From assembly GCA_963826715.1 (NCBI GenBank), contig CAWGYA010000008.1, forward strand, positions 1,229,930 to 1,293,929: a stretch of 64,000 nucleotides of DNA. Reading direction: 5' to 3'. Shown piece by piece: positions 41,290-51,458 of this stretch. A program made the position numbers and the translations under genes. This DNA is from Candidatus Bathyarchaeota archaeon. Its GTDB lineage: Archaea > Thermoproteota > Bathyarchaeia > Bathyarchaeales > Bathycorpusculaceae. Under the pieces are notes generated by a model that worked only from the letters and a program-made list of their open reading frames with translations, ran no database searches and was not told the DNA's origin. Numbering within the stretch: the first letter of the stretch is position 1; every line of letters begins with the position of its first letter.

Positions 41290-41583
41290 TTAGTTTACAG
41301 TCATCGTACCGAATTTGCCGACGTTAAGCTGTATTTCACCTTTAAAACTAGTGACATAGCCGTTGTCGATTTTTACGTTGTCGCCCACGTTAACCTGGTC
41401 AATTTGTTCGTTCCATAGTGTTAATTTAATGCTGCCTGTTTCGTCAGCAATAACCGCGTCAACGATTCGGTAAGTTTCGTCTTTATATTTAGATTTGACT
41501 TCTCGGGGGTCGCCTTTTTCAACTACTTTCGCTTCTACACTAACCCGTTTCATTCCATCATTTAAGTCTTTAATATCAACCAA
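41290..41583 (-). CDS. ssb: single-stranded DNA-binding protein (single OB fold, crenarchaeal type)
   Basis: IKDL..GM, ADETGSIKLTLW, NGYVTSFKGEIQLNVGKFG. Confidence 0.88.
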   Translation of the reverse strand: MVDIKDLNDGMKRVSVEAKVVEKGDPREVKSKYKDETYRIVDAVIADETGSIKLTLWNEQIDQVNVGDNVKIDNGYVTSFKGEIQLNVGKFGTMTVN

Positions 41584-41745
41584 TTTACTTCACTTCGAAC
41601 TGTACGTAAACGCTTTTGCTATTTCAAAAATATAAATCTTGCTAACTAATGTTCTGTAAAGTCTTCAGTTATCTATTTTCCATGTAAATATTCGGTTAAA
41701 TAGAATTAAAAGAGAACAAAAAGAAAAATGACTTGGAAAAGGTGG

Positions 41746-43023
41746 TTAAAGTACGCCGATGAAGAGCCATAATGTTATGATAGTGACTCCGATGGATAAA
41801 GCAGCGATGCTTAGGCATTTTATGGTTGAGAATTCCGGTTTGAGCTCTTTAAGGGCTAATGTGCATAAGCCGCCTAGCCAAACATAGGATACAGCAAACA
41901 TCCCTGTGATGATGCCTCTGAAGGTTTCCAGAGAAGTATTGATGTTAGCAAGATTACTCGCCGACTGAGCAGTGAGATTACCTATTGTCCCCAGAGGGTA
42001 AGAAACTGTCATAAAGTTGTTGTAGCCTAAACCTAAAGCGACGTCATATGGATAGAACACGCCTGGCATAGTTGCGGTGGCTGCGATATTCACTATAGCT
42101 CGAATAACCATCACGAACAAAGCACATCCGAATGCTATAAAAATGGGTTTCCATAGAATCGTGTTCTTTAAGACTCTAAAGATAACATAAGCTATGGCGG
42201 TTATAACCAACCATGTGAAGAGGAACTGTAGTGAAAATACTTGCAAGAAACCCAAAAGTCCATAGATATCATATTGAATGGGTTGGATGAATTCTCCGCG
42301 GAAGAACAGCGCTCCAACGCGGAGAGTTAAGTCTTGATTATCTGCATAATTAAACTCCATTGTTAATGATGTAATATTAGTCCATTGCGGATTCCCACTA
42401 GCGGTCCAACCCGCTGCATTGGGTCCAAGTGGAACCGTTAAGTTACCCCATTGGCTAATTGCTTGGCCATCAGCGAGCATGCTTGTTAAATCGTATGTGT
42501 AATAATCTGTATCACCCAGCGAGTAAAGCGTTAAAGTGGCTGCTTCGGGCGCTGATTGGGGTTCAACAATTTTTACTGTGATGGAGAGGTTCTGAAAACC
42601 ATTTGGAGTACAATCCACATTCGATGTGTTAGAGAGTGCGGCAATGACAGTATTTGTGTTGTTGGCATTGATCTGTAAGCTAAAATTGCCGAAGAGCGGA
42701 TAGTAGCCATTTGGATCGTTGGGTGCAGCCTGCAGTTCCGCAACGTAAACGGTGTTGTTATAATAATCGTTAAAATTGTTGGTTAATGCCACGTTGTCGC
42801 TGCTTCTCCAGTTAGTGGCGTTATTGTAGCTCTGCATTAAACCCGCAGTAGGCGAAGTGACCTCTAGCGAGGTTTTGGTGAACTGTGAGTACTCAAAGCC
42901 TATTTCCAAACCCATGAACAGTATAAGTACAATTATTACCGTGAGATATTTGGGGTTGGCGATTATGCTTTTGAATGCTTTTTTTGGAGAATAAATGACT
43001 TGCAGTATGTCGGTGAGAATCAA
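41746..43023 (-). CDS. Yip1-like membrane protein with large inserted extracellular domain
   Basis: VIYSPKKAFK Yip1-type start; TM1, then about 200 aa of N/T/S-rich beta domain, then 4 TMs. Confidence 0.6.
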   Translation of the reverse strand: MILTDILQVIYSPKKAFKSIIANPKYLTVIIVLILFMGLEIGFEYSQFTKTSLEVTSPTAGLMQSYNNATNWRSSDNVALTNNFNDYYNNTVYVAELQAAPNDPNGYYPLFGNFSLQINANNTNTVIAALSNTSNVDCTPNGFQNLSITVKIVEPQSAPEAATLTLYSLGDTDYYTYDLTSMLADGQAISQWGNLTVPLGPNAAGWTASGNPQWTNITSLTMEFNYADNQDLTLRVGALFFRGEFIQPIQYDIYGLLGFLQVFSLQFLFTWLVITAIAYVIFRVLKNTILWKPIFIAFGCALFVMVIRAIVNIAATATMPGVFYPYDVALGLGYNNFMTVSYPLGTIGNLTAQSASNLANINTSLETFRGIITGMFAVSYVWLGGLCTLALKELKPEFSTIKCLSIAALSIGVTIITLWLFIGVL

Positions 43024-43141
43024 TTCTCTCTTTTCCCTCGGTATGTGTGATCTGCAAGGGCTTTATTAAGTGTTGTTCACATCTCATCTAACCAAATATA
43101 TGCGGTTTTTATGCTTCAACTTTCGGCATACTTCAGCACCC

Positions 43142-44650
43142 TTACAAGCCCAGTTTTAGTCGACGATAAGTCGTGTAATCCACATATTCTACAAACGGGT
43201 TCTCCGCGAAGAATTTCACATTGATCTTCTGTCGTTGACGCTTATCAAGCAATTGGTTGGTGGTGCGAAGCAGATAGGCGTCGCTGCCTGCTCCTGAACC
43301 GTAACTTGCAACCAAAATTCGCTCCTCAGGCTTGGCAATATCTAAAATCGCTGCTAAACCCATCAGCGAGCACCCTGAGTAGGTGTTACCGAACTTGTTA
43401 ATCATTAAAGATGGCACATATTGCTCATCCCTGAAACCCAGCTCTTTGGAAATGCGCACCGGGAAAGTTGGGTTGGGTTGGTGAGGTATAAAGTAGTTAA
43501 TGTCCGCGGCTTTGAGGTTATTGCGTTCCATGAGTGTGGAGGCAGCTTTGCGGATGTGTTTGAAGTAAGCTGGATCACCTGTGAATCTGCCACTGTGCAA
43601 AGGGAACATTTCTCCGTCACGACGCCAGAAATCAGGTGTATCTGACGTGCAGCTGTACCAGCCTTCCATCTCAGCTATAACGTCTTGTTTGCCGAAGATA
43701 AAGGAGGCACCACCATAACCTACAAATGTATCAAGTTCGCCGCCAGGGCATCCTCGTGGGGCCGCTTGCGAGTTGTCTGCTCCGATGACCATGGCGAATT
43801 TTATGCCCGAACGAGGGTAACTAACCAATGCCGAAGCATCCTTGAACATGCTTGAACCTGCTTTGCAGGCAAATTCAGTGTCAACCGCATCTACACCCTG
43901 AATGTCCCCTTCTTCTTCGCCGAGTTTTAGTACTTGCGCCACTTTTGAGGCGATGGGTTTCACTGCATAGGGATTGGATTCTGATCCTACGTAGACTTTT
44001 CCTATCCATTTACTATCCAGACCAGAGTGGATTAAAGAGAGTTTACCTGCTTCAACCGCGGCCGTTACTGAATCTTCATCGATAAATGGCACCGCCCGCT
44101 CTAGGCCATCTCCTTTAATACGGAAACGTGATGAATATGCGCCGTAACCCACGATTCCAGGTAGCTCATAGCTTTTAGTGGGTTCAACAACTCTGTATTC
44201 CTGATGTGGATAATATTCATCGGCTAAAGTGAATGCGAGAGAAATAGTTGGCACTACGTCAGCTTTACCGACTGAGTAGCGTCTTCGGAATCGGGGAATA
44301 ACCTCGCGTCCTTCTAAACTTGAAAGATCAACGTCCTCACTATCACAGATTAATTGGTCGGTTAGTCTAGCTGGAACGCGGATTTTGCCATTATGGAATG
44401 AGACAATGCCATAAATGAAGTTGGGGAATTTGCTAAATTTATTTGTAGGTTCGTTTATGTAAGTGCATAGTTCAAGTTTACCTTTTTCATAGAAAAGGTC
44501 GATGCTGTCCATTTTGCCATAGCTTTTTCTGCCACAGATACTGCAGTAGTCGCGGACTTCAAAGTATTCTTTACCGCAGCATTGGCACCGACAAGCTCTT
44601 AGTCGGTCACCTAAATATGAAACTCGTCTCTCTATTGGTTCACTGCTCAT
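43142..44650 (-). CDS. DUF35 (Zn-ribbon/OB) fused to hydroxymethylglutaryl-CoA synthase
   Basis: N-terminal CQCCG...CSICG plus OB (PRFRR); C-terminal GSES.PYAVKP, EFACKAG, DTPDFWRR, HQPN, GNTYSG, SYGSGAGSD. Confidence 0.9.
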   Translation of the reverse strand: MSSEPIERRVSYLGDRLRACRCQCCGKEYFEVRDYCSICGRKSYGKMDSIDLFYEKGKLELCTYINEPTNKFSKFPNFIYGIVSFHNGKIRVPARLTDQLICDSEDVDLSSLEGREVIPRFRRRYSVGKADVVPTISLAFTLADEYYPHQEYRVVEPTKSYELPGIVGYGAYSSRFRIKGDGLERAVPFIDEDSVTAAVEAGKLSLIHSGLDSKWIGKVYVGSESNPYAVKPIASKVAQVLKLGEEEGDIQGVDAVDTEFACKAGSSMFKDASALVSYPRSGIKFAMVIGADNSQAAPRGCPGGELDTFVGYGGASFIFGKQDVIAEMEGWYSCTSDTPDFWRRDGEMFPLHSGRFTGDPAYFKHIRKAASTLMERNNLKAADINYFIPHQPNPTFPVRISKELGFRDEQYVPSLMINKFGNTYSGCSLMGLAAILDIAKPEERILVASYGSGAGSDAYLLRTTNQLLDKRQRQKINVKFFAENPFVEYVDYTTYRRLKLGL

Positions 44651-45849
44651 TGGGGTTTCTCTCCTAGAATAGTTACGTAAGCTTTAGTTCCGAAGCCTTC
44701 AAACTCTACTATACCGCCATGCCTTAAGCCGCCTTCAATTTTAATTTGGCGTTCGCCTGCTTCCCCTCGGAGTTGACGATAAATTTCAAAAACTTGAGCT
44801 CCACCCGTTGCTCCAAGTGGATTACCGTCTGCTTTGAGTCCACCATCGGTGTTTACATAAACCTGTTTTCCACCCAGTTCATAGCTGAACTGACCATTTA
44901 AGCTGCTTTCATAGATACTTTTCCATGCGGTGCCTGAAGAACAATAGCCTAAGTCTTCAAGTGTCACCATCTCCATAAAGGTAGATTGATCGTTTAGTTC
45001 CAATAACTGCAAATCGGCTACTGATACTTTTGCGGTTTGAGTGCTCTTTTTCATGGCAAGACCTGTAGCGATAAAACGTGATAGGTCTTCTCGTGCTGGG
45101 TAATTGAGGAAGTCAGTGGCCGCGCCGCAGCCCAAAACATAAACCGGGTCTTTATTCATTTTCTTAGCAACATATTCGCTGGTCAAGATTAGCGCTGAAG
45201 CTCCGTCAGAGATGGGTGCGAAATCGTAGAGTCCCAAGGGTTTATGGGCAACTTTACGGGCGTTTATTACTTGGTCTAAGCTGATTTTTCTCTGGAACTG
45301 AGCATACAGGTTTTTGGTTGCATTAGCATGATTCTTCACTGACACTTGTGCGAGTGCGATATTAAGTTTTTCAAGGTCACCTCCGCCAATTTTGTATTTT
45401 TTAATATAAGCCCTTAACATCAGTTCATGGTTGGATTCGGGGGTGCCACCTGCAAAATAACTCCAAGGATCATCAAGGAGCATGAGGTCGTCACGAATTT
45501 TGTCCCAACGATCCGACATTTTTTCTATACCGCCAACGAGTACAGTGTCATAGACACCTGCCTGAATAGCATGGCAAGCAGTCATCAAGGCAGCGCTAAA
45601 TGAGCGGGTTACTTCCATCGGTACATGTAGCTCGGTTAATTCAGAAAGAAAGCCCTCCTCTAAACCAAGCTTGTTTGTGATTGGTAGAAGACAGTCGGAC
45701 ATGTAGCAGGCCTGTAAATCCTTGCGTTCCATATTGCATTCCCGAGACGCGGCAAGCCAAGCTTCCTCGATGAGCTTCTCGGGTTCTTTGCCGTAGTGCT
45801 CACCAAACTTGGTTCTGCCAACAGCGACTATTGCTGGGCGATTCTGCAT
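44647..45849 (-). CDS. archaeal thiolase-family protein, catalytic residues apparently lost
   Basis: TKFGE, GGIEKM, VKNH.N, PISDGASA, NTDGGLKA.G.P.GATG. Confidence 0.85.
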   Translation of the reverse strand: MQNRPAIVAVGRTKFGEHYGKEPEKLIEEAWLAASRECNMERKDLQACYMSDCLLPITNKLGLEEGFLSELTELHVPMEVTRSFSAALMTACHAIQAGVYDTVLVGGIEKMSDRWDKIRDDLMLLDDPWSYFAGGTPESNHELMLRAYIKKYKIGGGDLEKLNIALAQVSVKNHANATKNLYAQFQRKISLDQVINARKVAHKPLGLYDFAPISDGASALILTSEYVAKKMNKDPVYVLGCGAATDFLNYPAREDLSRFIATGLAMKKSTQTAKVSVADLQLLELNDQSTFMEMVTLEDLGYCSSGTAWKSIYESSLNGQFSYELGGKQVYVNTDGGLKADGNPLGATGGAQVFEIYRQLRGEAGERQIKIEGGLRHGGIVEFEGFGTKAYVTILGEKPQ

Positions 45850-46112
45850 TCTATTTTGTTCCCCTATTTATAGCATAAAAGGTTTCAGAAATCTACTATT
45901 AAGTGTTTGCCATCTTTGAAGCATAATGGGCAAGTCTCTAATTATTCAACACAAATATGATTTCTTGAAAGATATGGAGACTGAGGAATTTAAAAGGCAC
46001 TTTAAGGCGTTGTTAGACCCGTAAGATTATTTCGTTAAATGCGCGAGTAGATTAAAGAATGTGATAAGGTCACTACTTTGGTGAATACAAAGAAAGATTT
46101 AACAAAAATAGC

Positions 46113-47471
46113 TTAAACTAAATGATTAATCTCGTTCTGTATTATATTTTGTTTTAAGGTTTTAATGAGTTTCCTTAATTTGCTGCTCAACTCCACTGGA
46201 TAGGCAGGCGCATTCACTAGTACCTTATATTGCTCTGGCAGCTTAGCGAGGTTCTCCGTAGCTGTTTTACGGATGTTATTAAGTGGAGGTAACTTGTTTG
46301 TCAGTTTGCCATTCTCCATGACTTTGAGCAATAGTGGATCCCCAACTGTGGGCTCATCAGTTAATGCAATGACGTCTTTCACAAAGTGGCCTTCGGCATC
46401 TTTCAAGCGATATACCTGCTTTCGACCAGGTAAGGTAGTTTTGTCTTTACTGAGTTTCATAATAGGTGCAAAGCTGCCATCAGCAGTTTGAGTTTCACAG
46501 AGCTTGTATATACCATCGAGGAACGGGCGGTCAGAACTTGTTCCCATCTTTGTACCAACTCCAAAAGCGTCAATAGGTGCTTCTTCAGCTATCAACTCCA
46601 TGATTTTGTACTCGTCGAGATCACCACTAACAAAAATTTTAGCGTACTCTAAATTTTGGCTGTCAAGAATTTTACGGACTTTCTTACTAGTCTCAGCCAA
46701 ATCACCGCTGTCAAGTCTCACCCCCTCTAACCGGCTTCCTCTGCTTTGGAGCTCCCTGGCAACGATAGCAGCTTTTTCTGTCCCTGAAATGTCATCATAT
46801 GTATCAACTAACAAGGTGGATTTATCAGGGAATGCTTTGGTGAAAGCACGGAAAGCATCGATTTCATGAGGATATGACATAATAAAGGAATGTGCCATAG
46901 TACCAAAGATCGGTATACCATAAGTTAACCCCGATAATACGTTGCTAGTGCCTTGGCAACCTGCAATGAAGCTGGAACGTGCCACCTTCATGCCTGCGTC
47001 TATACCTGGTTCGCGACGCAACCCGAATTCGATGACGGCTTTCCCCTTTGCAGCATGAACGACCCGACTAGCTTTGGTTGCAATCATGGTCTGCAGATTA
47101 ATCGAATTAAGAAGGAAGGTTTCGACAAGTTGTGCCTCGATTATGGGCGCAGTTATACGAACAAGAGGTTCTGTGGAGAAAGCTATTGTGCCTTCAGGAA
47201 TCGCCCAAACTTCCCCAGTGAACTTGAAATCACTAAGGTACGATAGAAAGTCTTTTTTGAACCCCTGTTTTTCTAAGAACTCAAGATGTTCATTTGTGAA
47301 TTTGATTGATTGCAGGTATCCTATCACCTCCTCTAAGCCGGCAAAGAGGAAATAGGAGCGATTTTCAGGCATGCGGCGAATGAAGAGATCGAACGTAGCG
47401 GTTTCGAAGTTTTGGTTTTCAAAGTACGCTGCGCACATGGTGAGTTCATAGAAGTCTGTGAAAAGGCTCAT
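46113..47471 (-). CDS. pncB: nicotinate phosphoribosyltransferase
   Basis: TDFYELTM, EFGLRR, GTMAHS, LVDTYD, RLDSGD, SGDLDE, FGVGT. Confidence 0.95.
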   Translation of the reverse strand: MSLFTDFYELTMCAAYFENQNFETATFDLFIRRMPENRSYFLFAGLEEVIGYLQSIKFTNEHLEFLEKQGFKKDFLSYLSDFKFTGEVWAIPEGTIAFSTEPLVRITAPIIEAQLVETFLLNSINLQTMIATKASRVVHAAKGKAVIEFGLRREPGIDAGMKVARSSFIAGCQGTSNVLSGLTYGIPIFGTMAHSFIMSYPHEIDAFRAFTKAFPDKSTLLVDTYDDISGTEKAAIVARELQSRGSRLEGVRLDSGDLAETSKKVRKILDSQNLEYAKIFVSGDLDEYKIMELIAEEAPIDAFGVGTKMGTSSDRPFLDGIYKLCETQTADGSFAPIMKLSKDKTTLPGRKQVYRLKDAEGHFVKDVIALTDEPTVGDPLLLKVMENGKLTNKLPPLNNIRKTATENLAKLPEQYKVLVNAPAYPVELSSKLRKLIKTLKQNIIQNEINHLV

Positions 47472-47638
47472 GTTTTCTTCTTTCAAATAGCCTAGAAAAG
47501 GTTGCATGGAGTACTTAGAGTTGGAGTTTATGATTTAATTGTTTCTAGTGTTTCGGTCAGTTAGATTAAAGATCTGATTGCCTTCATAATAACCCTTAAA
47601 TTTTCAATGCACCATACCCATATTTCGAGGTTTAACCT

Positions 47639-48715
47639 TTGCCTTACTGCCGATTATGCGGAACTAAACTGCAGGATTACGACCACTTCTGCCGCAAATG
47701 CGGTACCCGAATCCTCATCTATATACCGCCGCGGACCTCATCAATGGAGCCTCTGAAACCGCCGCATAAAACCCCTTATGTGCTGGCTGCGATTGGCTTG
47801 ATTGTCATTATTGTTTTGGCAGTGTATGCAGTCGCGTTTTTGTTTATACCTTTCTCTTCATGGAGTTTTGGACAAACATTACAAGATAGCAGCGCAAACA
47901 TAAATGCATTAAACCTTAACTTCACCGCAGATGTGGGACAAATTAATGTTATTACACAGAAGATACAGAATAGTAACATATTGATCCATGTTTCAGCTAA
48001 TGGGATACGTGGCTCTTTAGAAAATAATTCAGGTGAAGCACCAGTATTCGTATTCTTCCGCAACATAACCGACGAAGATATACTAACTGTGTATTGTCAG
48101 GTTTCAGTTAAAAATCCTTACTCCTTTGAATCAAGCGTTGTCTATGATATATTCGTTGACCCCGCTTTGTTGTTGAATCTAACTGTTTCATCCTCGACAG
48201 GTCAAATCAGTTTCACAGCCGATAAAGCCACAACTATCAAAGCACTAAACCTGAATGCTGACGTGGGTAAGGTCCAAGCTAACCTCGAAAAAAATGTGAT
48301 TTTCGCGGGTGACATATCCATTAAAACAAACACTGGACAGGTATATTATAGGATGAGCGAAACCAGCGTTGGTGGCAATAGCACTATAATTTTACAATCA
48401 AACATTGGCTCTGTAAACATGGATATATTTCAGACTAAAACGCTTCAGGGAAATTTTCAGGTTAACGCCGCCACAGACACAGGTTCAATAAACATTGCCT
48501 TAAAAATAGATGGCGGAGTTGGAGCGAAAATCACTTCTCAAACAGCCGGCTTATCCAATATAAATTTTGAAGTAAACAACTTTTCGGGCAACAAGTCTAC
48601 TATACAATCCAACAATTACCCTACAAGTAGTAATGTTGAAATTAACAATACAATCAGCGGCTTAGGTAGCATCAACATAGACGCCTCTTACCTAACCAAA
48701 TTGAATTCAGCCTGA
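47639..48715 (+). CDS. zinc-ribbon + TM + extracellular beta-repeat (DUF4097-like) protein
   Basis: CRLCG...FCRKCG, one TM, repeated (S/T)xxGxI beta strands. Confidence 0.7.
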   Translation: MPYCRLCGTKLQDYDHFCRKCGTRILIYIPPRTSSMEPLKPPHKTPYVLAAIGLIVIIVLAVYAVAFLFIPFSSWSFGQTLQDSSANINALNLNFTADVGQINVITQKIQNSNILIHVSANGIRGSLENNSGEAPVFVFFRNITDEDILTVYCQVSVKNPYSFESSVVYDIFVDPALLLNLTVSSSTGQISFTADKATTIKALNLNADVGKVQANLEKNVIFAGDISIKTNTGQVYYRMSETSVGGNSTIILQSNIGSVNMDIFQTKTLQGNFQVNAATDTGSINIALKIDGGVGAKITSQTAGLSNINFEVNNFSGNKSTIQSNNYPTSSNVEINNTISGLGSINIDASYLTKLNSA

Positions 48716-48789
48716 TAAGTTAGCTAACTGATCCCTAAACGTTTAAAGGCTTCCGCTATCATTTTTATTGAGAAGTAGAAGGTGACTTT

Positions 48790-49029
48790 TTGGCAGAACA
48801 AAAGAAGGTAACTCATCAAGAACTAGAAGTCAACAACGGGCAAAATGGCAAACCAGCCTACATAGCCTACCAAGGTAAAGTCTACGATGTAACTGATAGC
48901 AGCTTCTGGATTGAAGGAGAACACATGGGCATGCACAATGCTGGGAAAGACTTAACTGAAGACCTTGAGATGGCACCACACCGGGACGAAAACTTCCAGC
49001 GCGTTAAATTCGTCGGCGAGCTTGTCTAA
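48790..49029 (+). CDS. cytochrome b5-like heme/steroid-binding protein
   Basis: NGQNGKPAYIAYQGKVYDVT..W..GEH...HNAGKDLT...APH. Confidence 0.9.
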   Translation: MAEQKKVTHQELEVNNGQNGKPAYIAYQGKVYDVTDSSFWIEGEHMGMHNAGKDLTEDLEMAPHRDENFQRVKFVGELV

Positions 49030-50261
49030 AAGATACATTGAAACACAGTGTCGACTCTGCGTAGGCTATTCAAAACCTTTCTTATTTTTTCCTCGCTCTG
49101 TATGCTCCGTTTTTTGTAAATTTCCTTTACAATTTGGTGCAAGCTGTTGAAGGCACCTTCTACGTCTAAGTCATTATTCATGTGGGCTTCAAAAACGGCG
49201 AATATTTGGTCATCAACAATATCCAAGTATTCATTTGCGCTTGAAAGATTTTTCTGCTCTAAATCCAAAACCATTTCCCTCAAAGACTCCAACAATTTTC
49301 TTCTCTCGGTCAGCAGTTCAAAGGTGAAATTTAGCTTCTTTCGGTATTTCCCGTAGATGAGAAAGAAACGCAGGTCCTGAACACTATAACCCCTCGCCAA
49401 TATTTCACGTGGATAGTAAACATTACCTAGACTTTTGGACATCTTCTTGCCGTCTACAAACAAGTGCGCACCATGGAGCCAATAACGCGAGAACTGACAG
49501 CCTGAAACAGCTTCGGTTACCGCGAGATTGTAATCGTGGTGGCGCACTAAAGCATCGATGCCCCCACAGGCAACGTCTATTTCAAAACCCAAATGCTTGG
49601 TTACAATTGCTGGATCCTGAATGTTCCAAGCGGGGCGCCCCTCACCTATCTTAGTTTCGAAACATACATCTTCCATGCCACAACCGTGCCATAATATAAA
49701 ATCGCCCATGTTCCAAGGGGTGCCAGGATATGTATCTTTGTGGAACCTTCGCTTTTTTTTCGGCCACTTTGACTTATCTATATGTGCCAGTTTGCCAAAG
49801 CCCTTGAATTTGAGGGGGTCAAAGTAGGCGTTTTTTACTCCCTGGTGGCAGTACCAGTAAGCATAGCCTGTATCGACAAGTTTCTTAGTTAAAGTCGCTG
49901 CTTGTTCAACTGCGCTTGATGCATCCACGGGGTAATCAGGGCTTTTTATGTGTAGTAACTCAAATTCTTTGAAAAAAGCTGTCTCATTTTTTTGAGTCAA
50001 TTCTTTGACAGTAACTCCTTCCTTTTTTGCCTGAACTATTGCTTTGTCTTCTACATCTGTAAGACACATCAATCGTGTGACTTTGTAGCCACGATATTCC
50101 ATGTACCGTTGTAGAATGTCTTCAAAGAGAAAGGTGCGGTAGTTGCCGATGTGCGCAGGCTGATAAGTGGAGGGCCCGCAACTGTACATTTTGACGTTGT
50201 TAGGGTCCGCGGGCTTGAAAACCTCAATTTTTTGAGTTAGCGTATTATAAATATTCAGCAT
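49026..50261 (-). CDS. cysteinyl-tRNA synthetase-like ligase (divergent, no anticodon-binding domain)
   Basis: YNTLT, SCGPSTY, HIGN, TDVEDK, DFILW, GRPAW, KMSKSLGN, MNNDL; only 411 aa. Confidence 0.85.
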   Translation of the reverse strand: MLNIYNTLTQKIEVFKPADPNNVKMYSCGPSTYQPAHIGNYRTFLFEDILQRYMEYRGYKVTRLMCLTDVEDKAIVQAKKEGVTVKELTQKNETAFFKEFELLHIKSPDYPVDASSAVEQAATLTKKLVDTGYAYWYCHQGVKNAYFDPLKFKGFGKLAHIDKSKWPKKKRRFHKDTYPGTPWNMGDFILWHGCGMEDVCFETKIGEGRPAWNIQDPAIVTKHLGFEIDVACGGIDALVRHHDYNLAVTEAVSGCQFSRYWLHGAHLFVDGKKMSKSLGNVYYPREILARGYSVQDLRFFLIYGKYRKKLNFTFELLTERRKLLESLREMVLDLEQKNLSSANEYLDIVDDQIFAVFEAHMNNDLDVEGAFNSLHQIVKEIYKKRSIQSEEKIRKVLNSLRRVDTVFQCIF

Positions 50262-50270
50262 GATTTAGCT

Positions 50271-50747
50271 TTACGGTCCAGCTTTTTTTTCGCTATCTAT
50301 CATTTCTAGTGTTTGTTTTGCTACTTCTACATGTTGCTGTGCTTGGGTTTGTGAGCTAAAGATTTGACGGACTATGCCTTTTTTGTCAATGATATAGGTA
50401 ACGCGTCCAGGCAGAATGCCCATACTGTGTGGAACCCCGTAGAGTTCACGGACTTTATTCTCAATATCTGCAAGCAAAATAAACGGTAACCCATAATGGG
50501 AAGCAAATGCTACATGTGAATCTACACTCTGTTTGCTCACTCCGAGTACTTCTGCTCCTAAATCTGTAAGCTGTTGATAACTATCGCGGAAACTGCATGC
50601 TTCTTTGATGCAGCCTGGCGTTTCATCTTTGGGGTAGAAGTAGAGTACGATATTTTTCTTGCCTAAAAATTCTGAGAGTGTAACATTGTCACCCATTTGG
50701 CTTTGTAACGTAAAATCTGGTGCTTTATCGCCGACCTTAACTGCCAA
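50271..50747 (-). CDS. bcp: peroxiredoxin (BCP/PrxQ)
   Basis: APDF, YFYPKDETPGCIKEACSFRD, RVTYIID; likely start TTG 50747. Confidence 0.92.
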   Translation of the reverse strand: MAVKVGDKAPDFTLQSQMGDNVTLSEFLGKKNIVLYFYPKDETPGCIKEACSFRDSYQQLTDLGAEVLGVSKQSVDSHVAFASHYGLPFILLADIENKVRELYGVPHSMGILPGRVTYIIDKKGIVRQIFSSQTQAQQHVEVAKQTLEMIDSEKKAGP

Positions 50748-50849
50748 AACATTCACCACTGACAATTGGTTTTTCTCGATTATTATTTCTTTTGTGTGTT
50801 GCTCAACTGATATAAGAAGCACAATTGTATTCTTGTGCAGTGAAATTGG

Positions 50850-51458
50850 TTGAAAGAGAAAACATTGCACTTAGGAAATCTTCATTGCCCAGTGATATAT
50901 CATGAGGCTTCGGGTATTCCAGTGGTTTTCCTGCACGGTTTATCATATACCCTAGAGATTTGGCAACGCATCGGCGTAACTGATCATCTAATCGAGAAGA
51001 ATGTACCCTTCCTTGCTCTCGATATGCCCTATGGTTTAAAAAACCAATGTCACCCAAAAACTCGTGATCCGCAAACTAACATTGCGTTTGCTGCAGAGGC
51101 TGTCAAATCCATTTTTGGAGAGGTTATGCCCGTGGTTGTTGGTGCCAGTTTAGGCGGCTACATAGCTTTACGTTATGCGGAGCGATATCCTGTGAAAGGA
51201 TTGTTTTTGGTTGCCCCAGCAAATGCCTTCGAAGATGAAGTTTTGCTAAAAGCGTACAGTAGTTTTCATTTCCCAATTCGTATCGTATGGGGTTCGTTTG
51301 ATAGTCTTATCTCTGGCGAGGAAATGCGTACTTTAGCTGATAAATTGCCTAATGCTAAGATGCTTGTTTATAGTGGTGCAGCGCATTCAGCCTACCAGGA
51401 TCGACCAGACTGGTTCAGAAGTGACTTACTTGAACTCTATGTCAATGCTGAGGTTTAG
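50850..51458 (+). CDS. alpha/beta hydrolase
   Basis: LHG, GASLGG nucleophile elbow, D and H (GAAH) of the catalytic triad. Confidence 0.88.
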   Translation: MKEKTLHLGNLHCPVIYHEASGIPVVFLHGLSYTLEIWQRIGVTDHLIEKNVPFLALDMPYGLKNQCHPKTRDPQTNIAFAAEAVKSIFGEVMPVVVGASLGGYIALRYAERYPVKGLFLVAPANAFEDEVLLKAYSSFHFPIRIVWGSFDSLISGEEMRTLADKLPNAKMLVYSGAAHSAYQDRPDWFRSDLLELYVNAEV

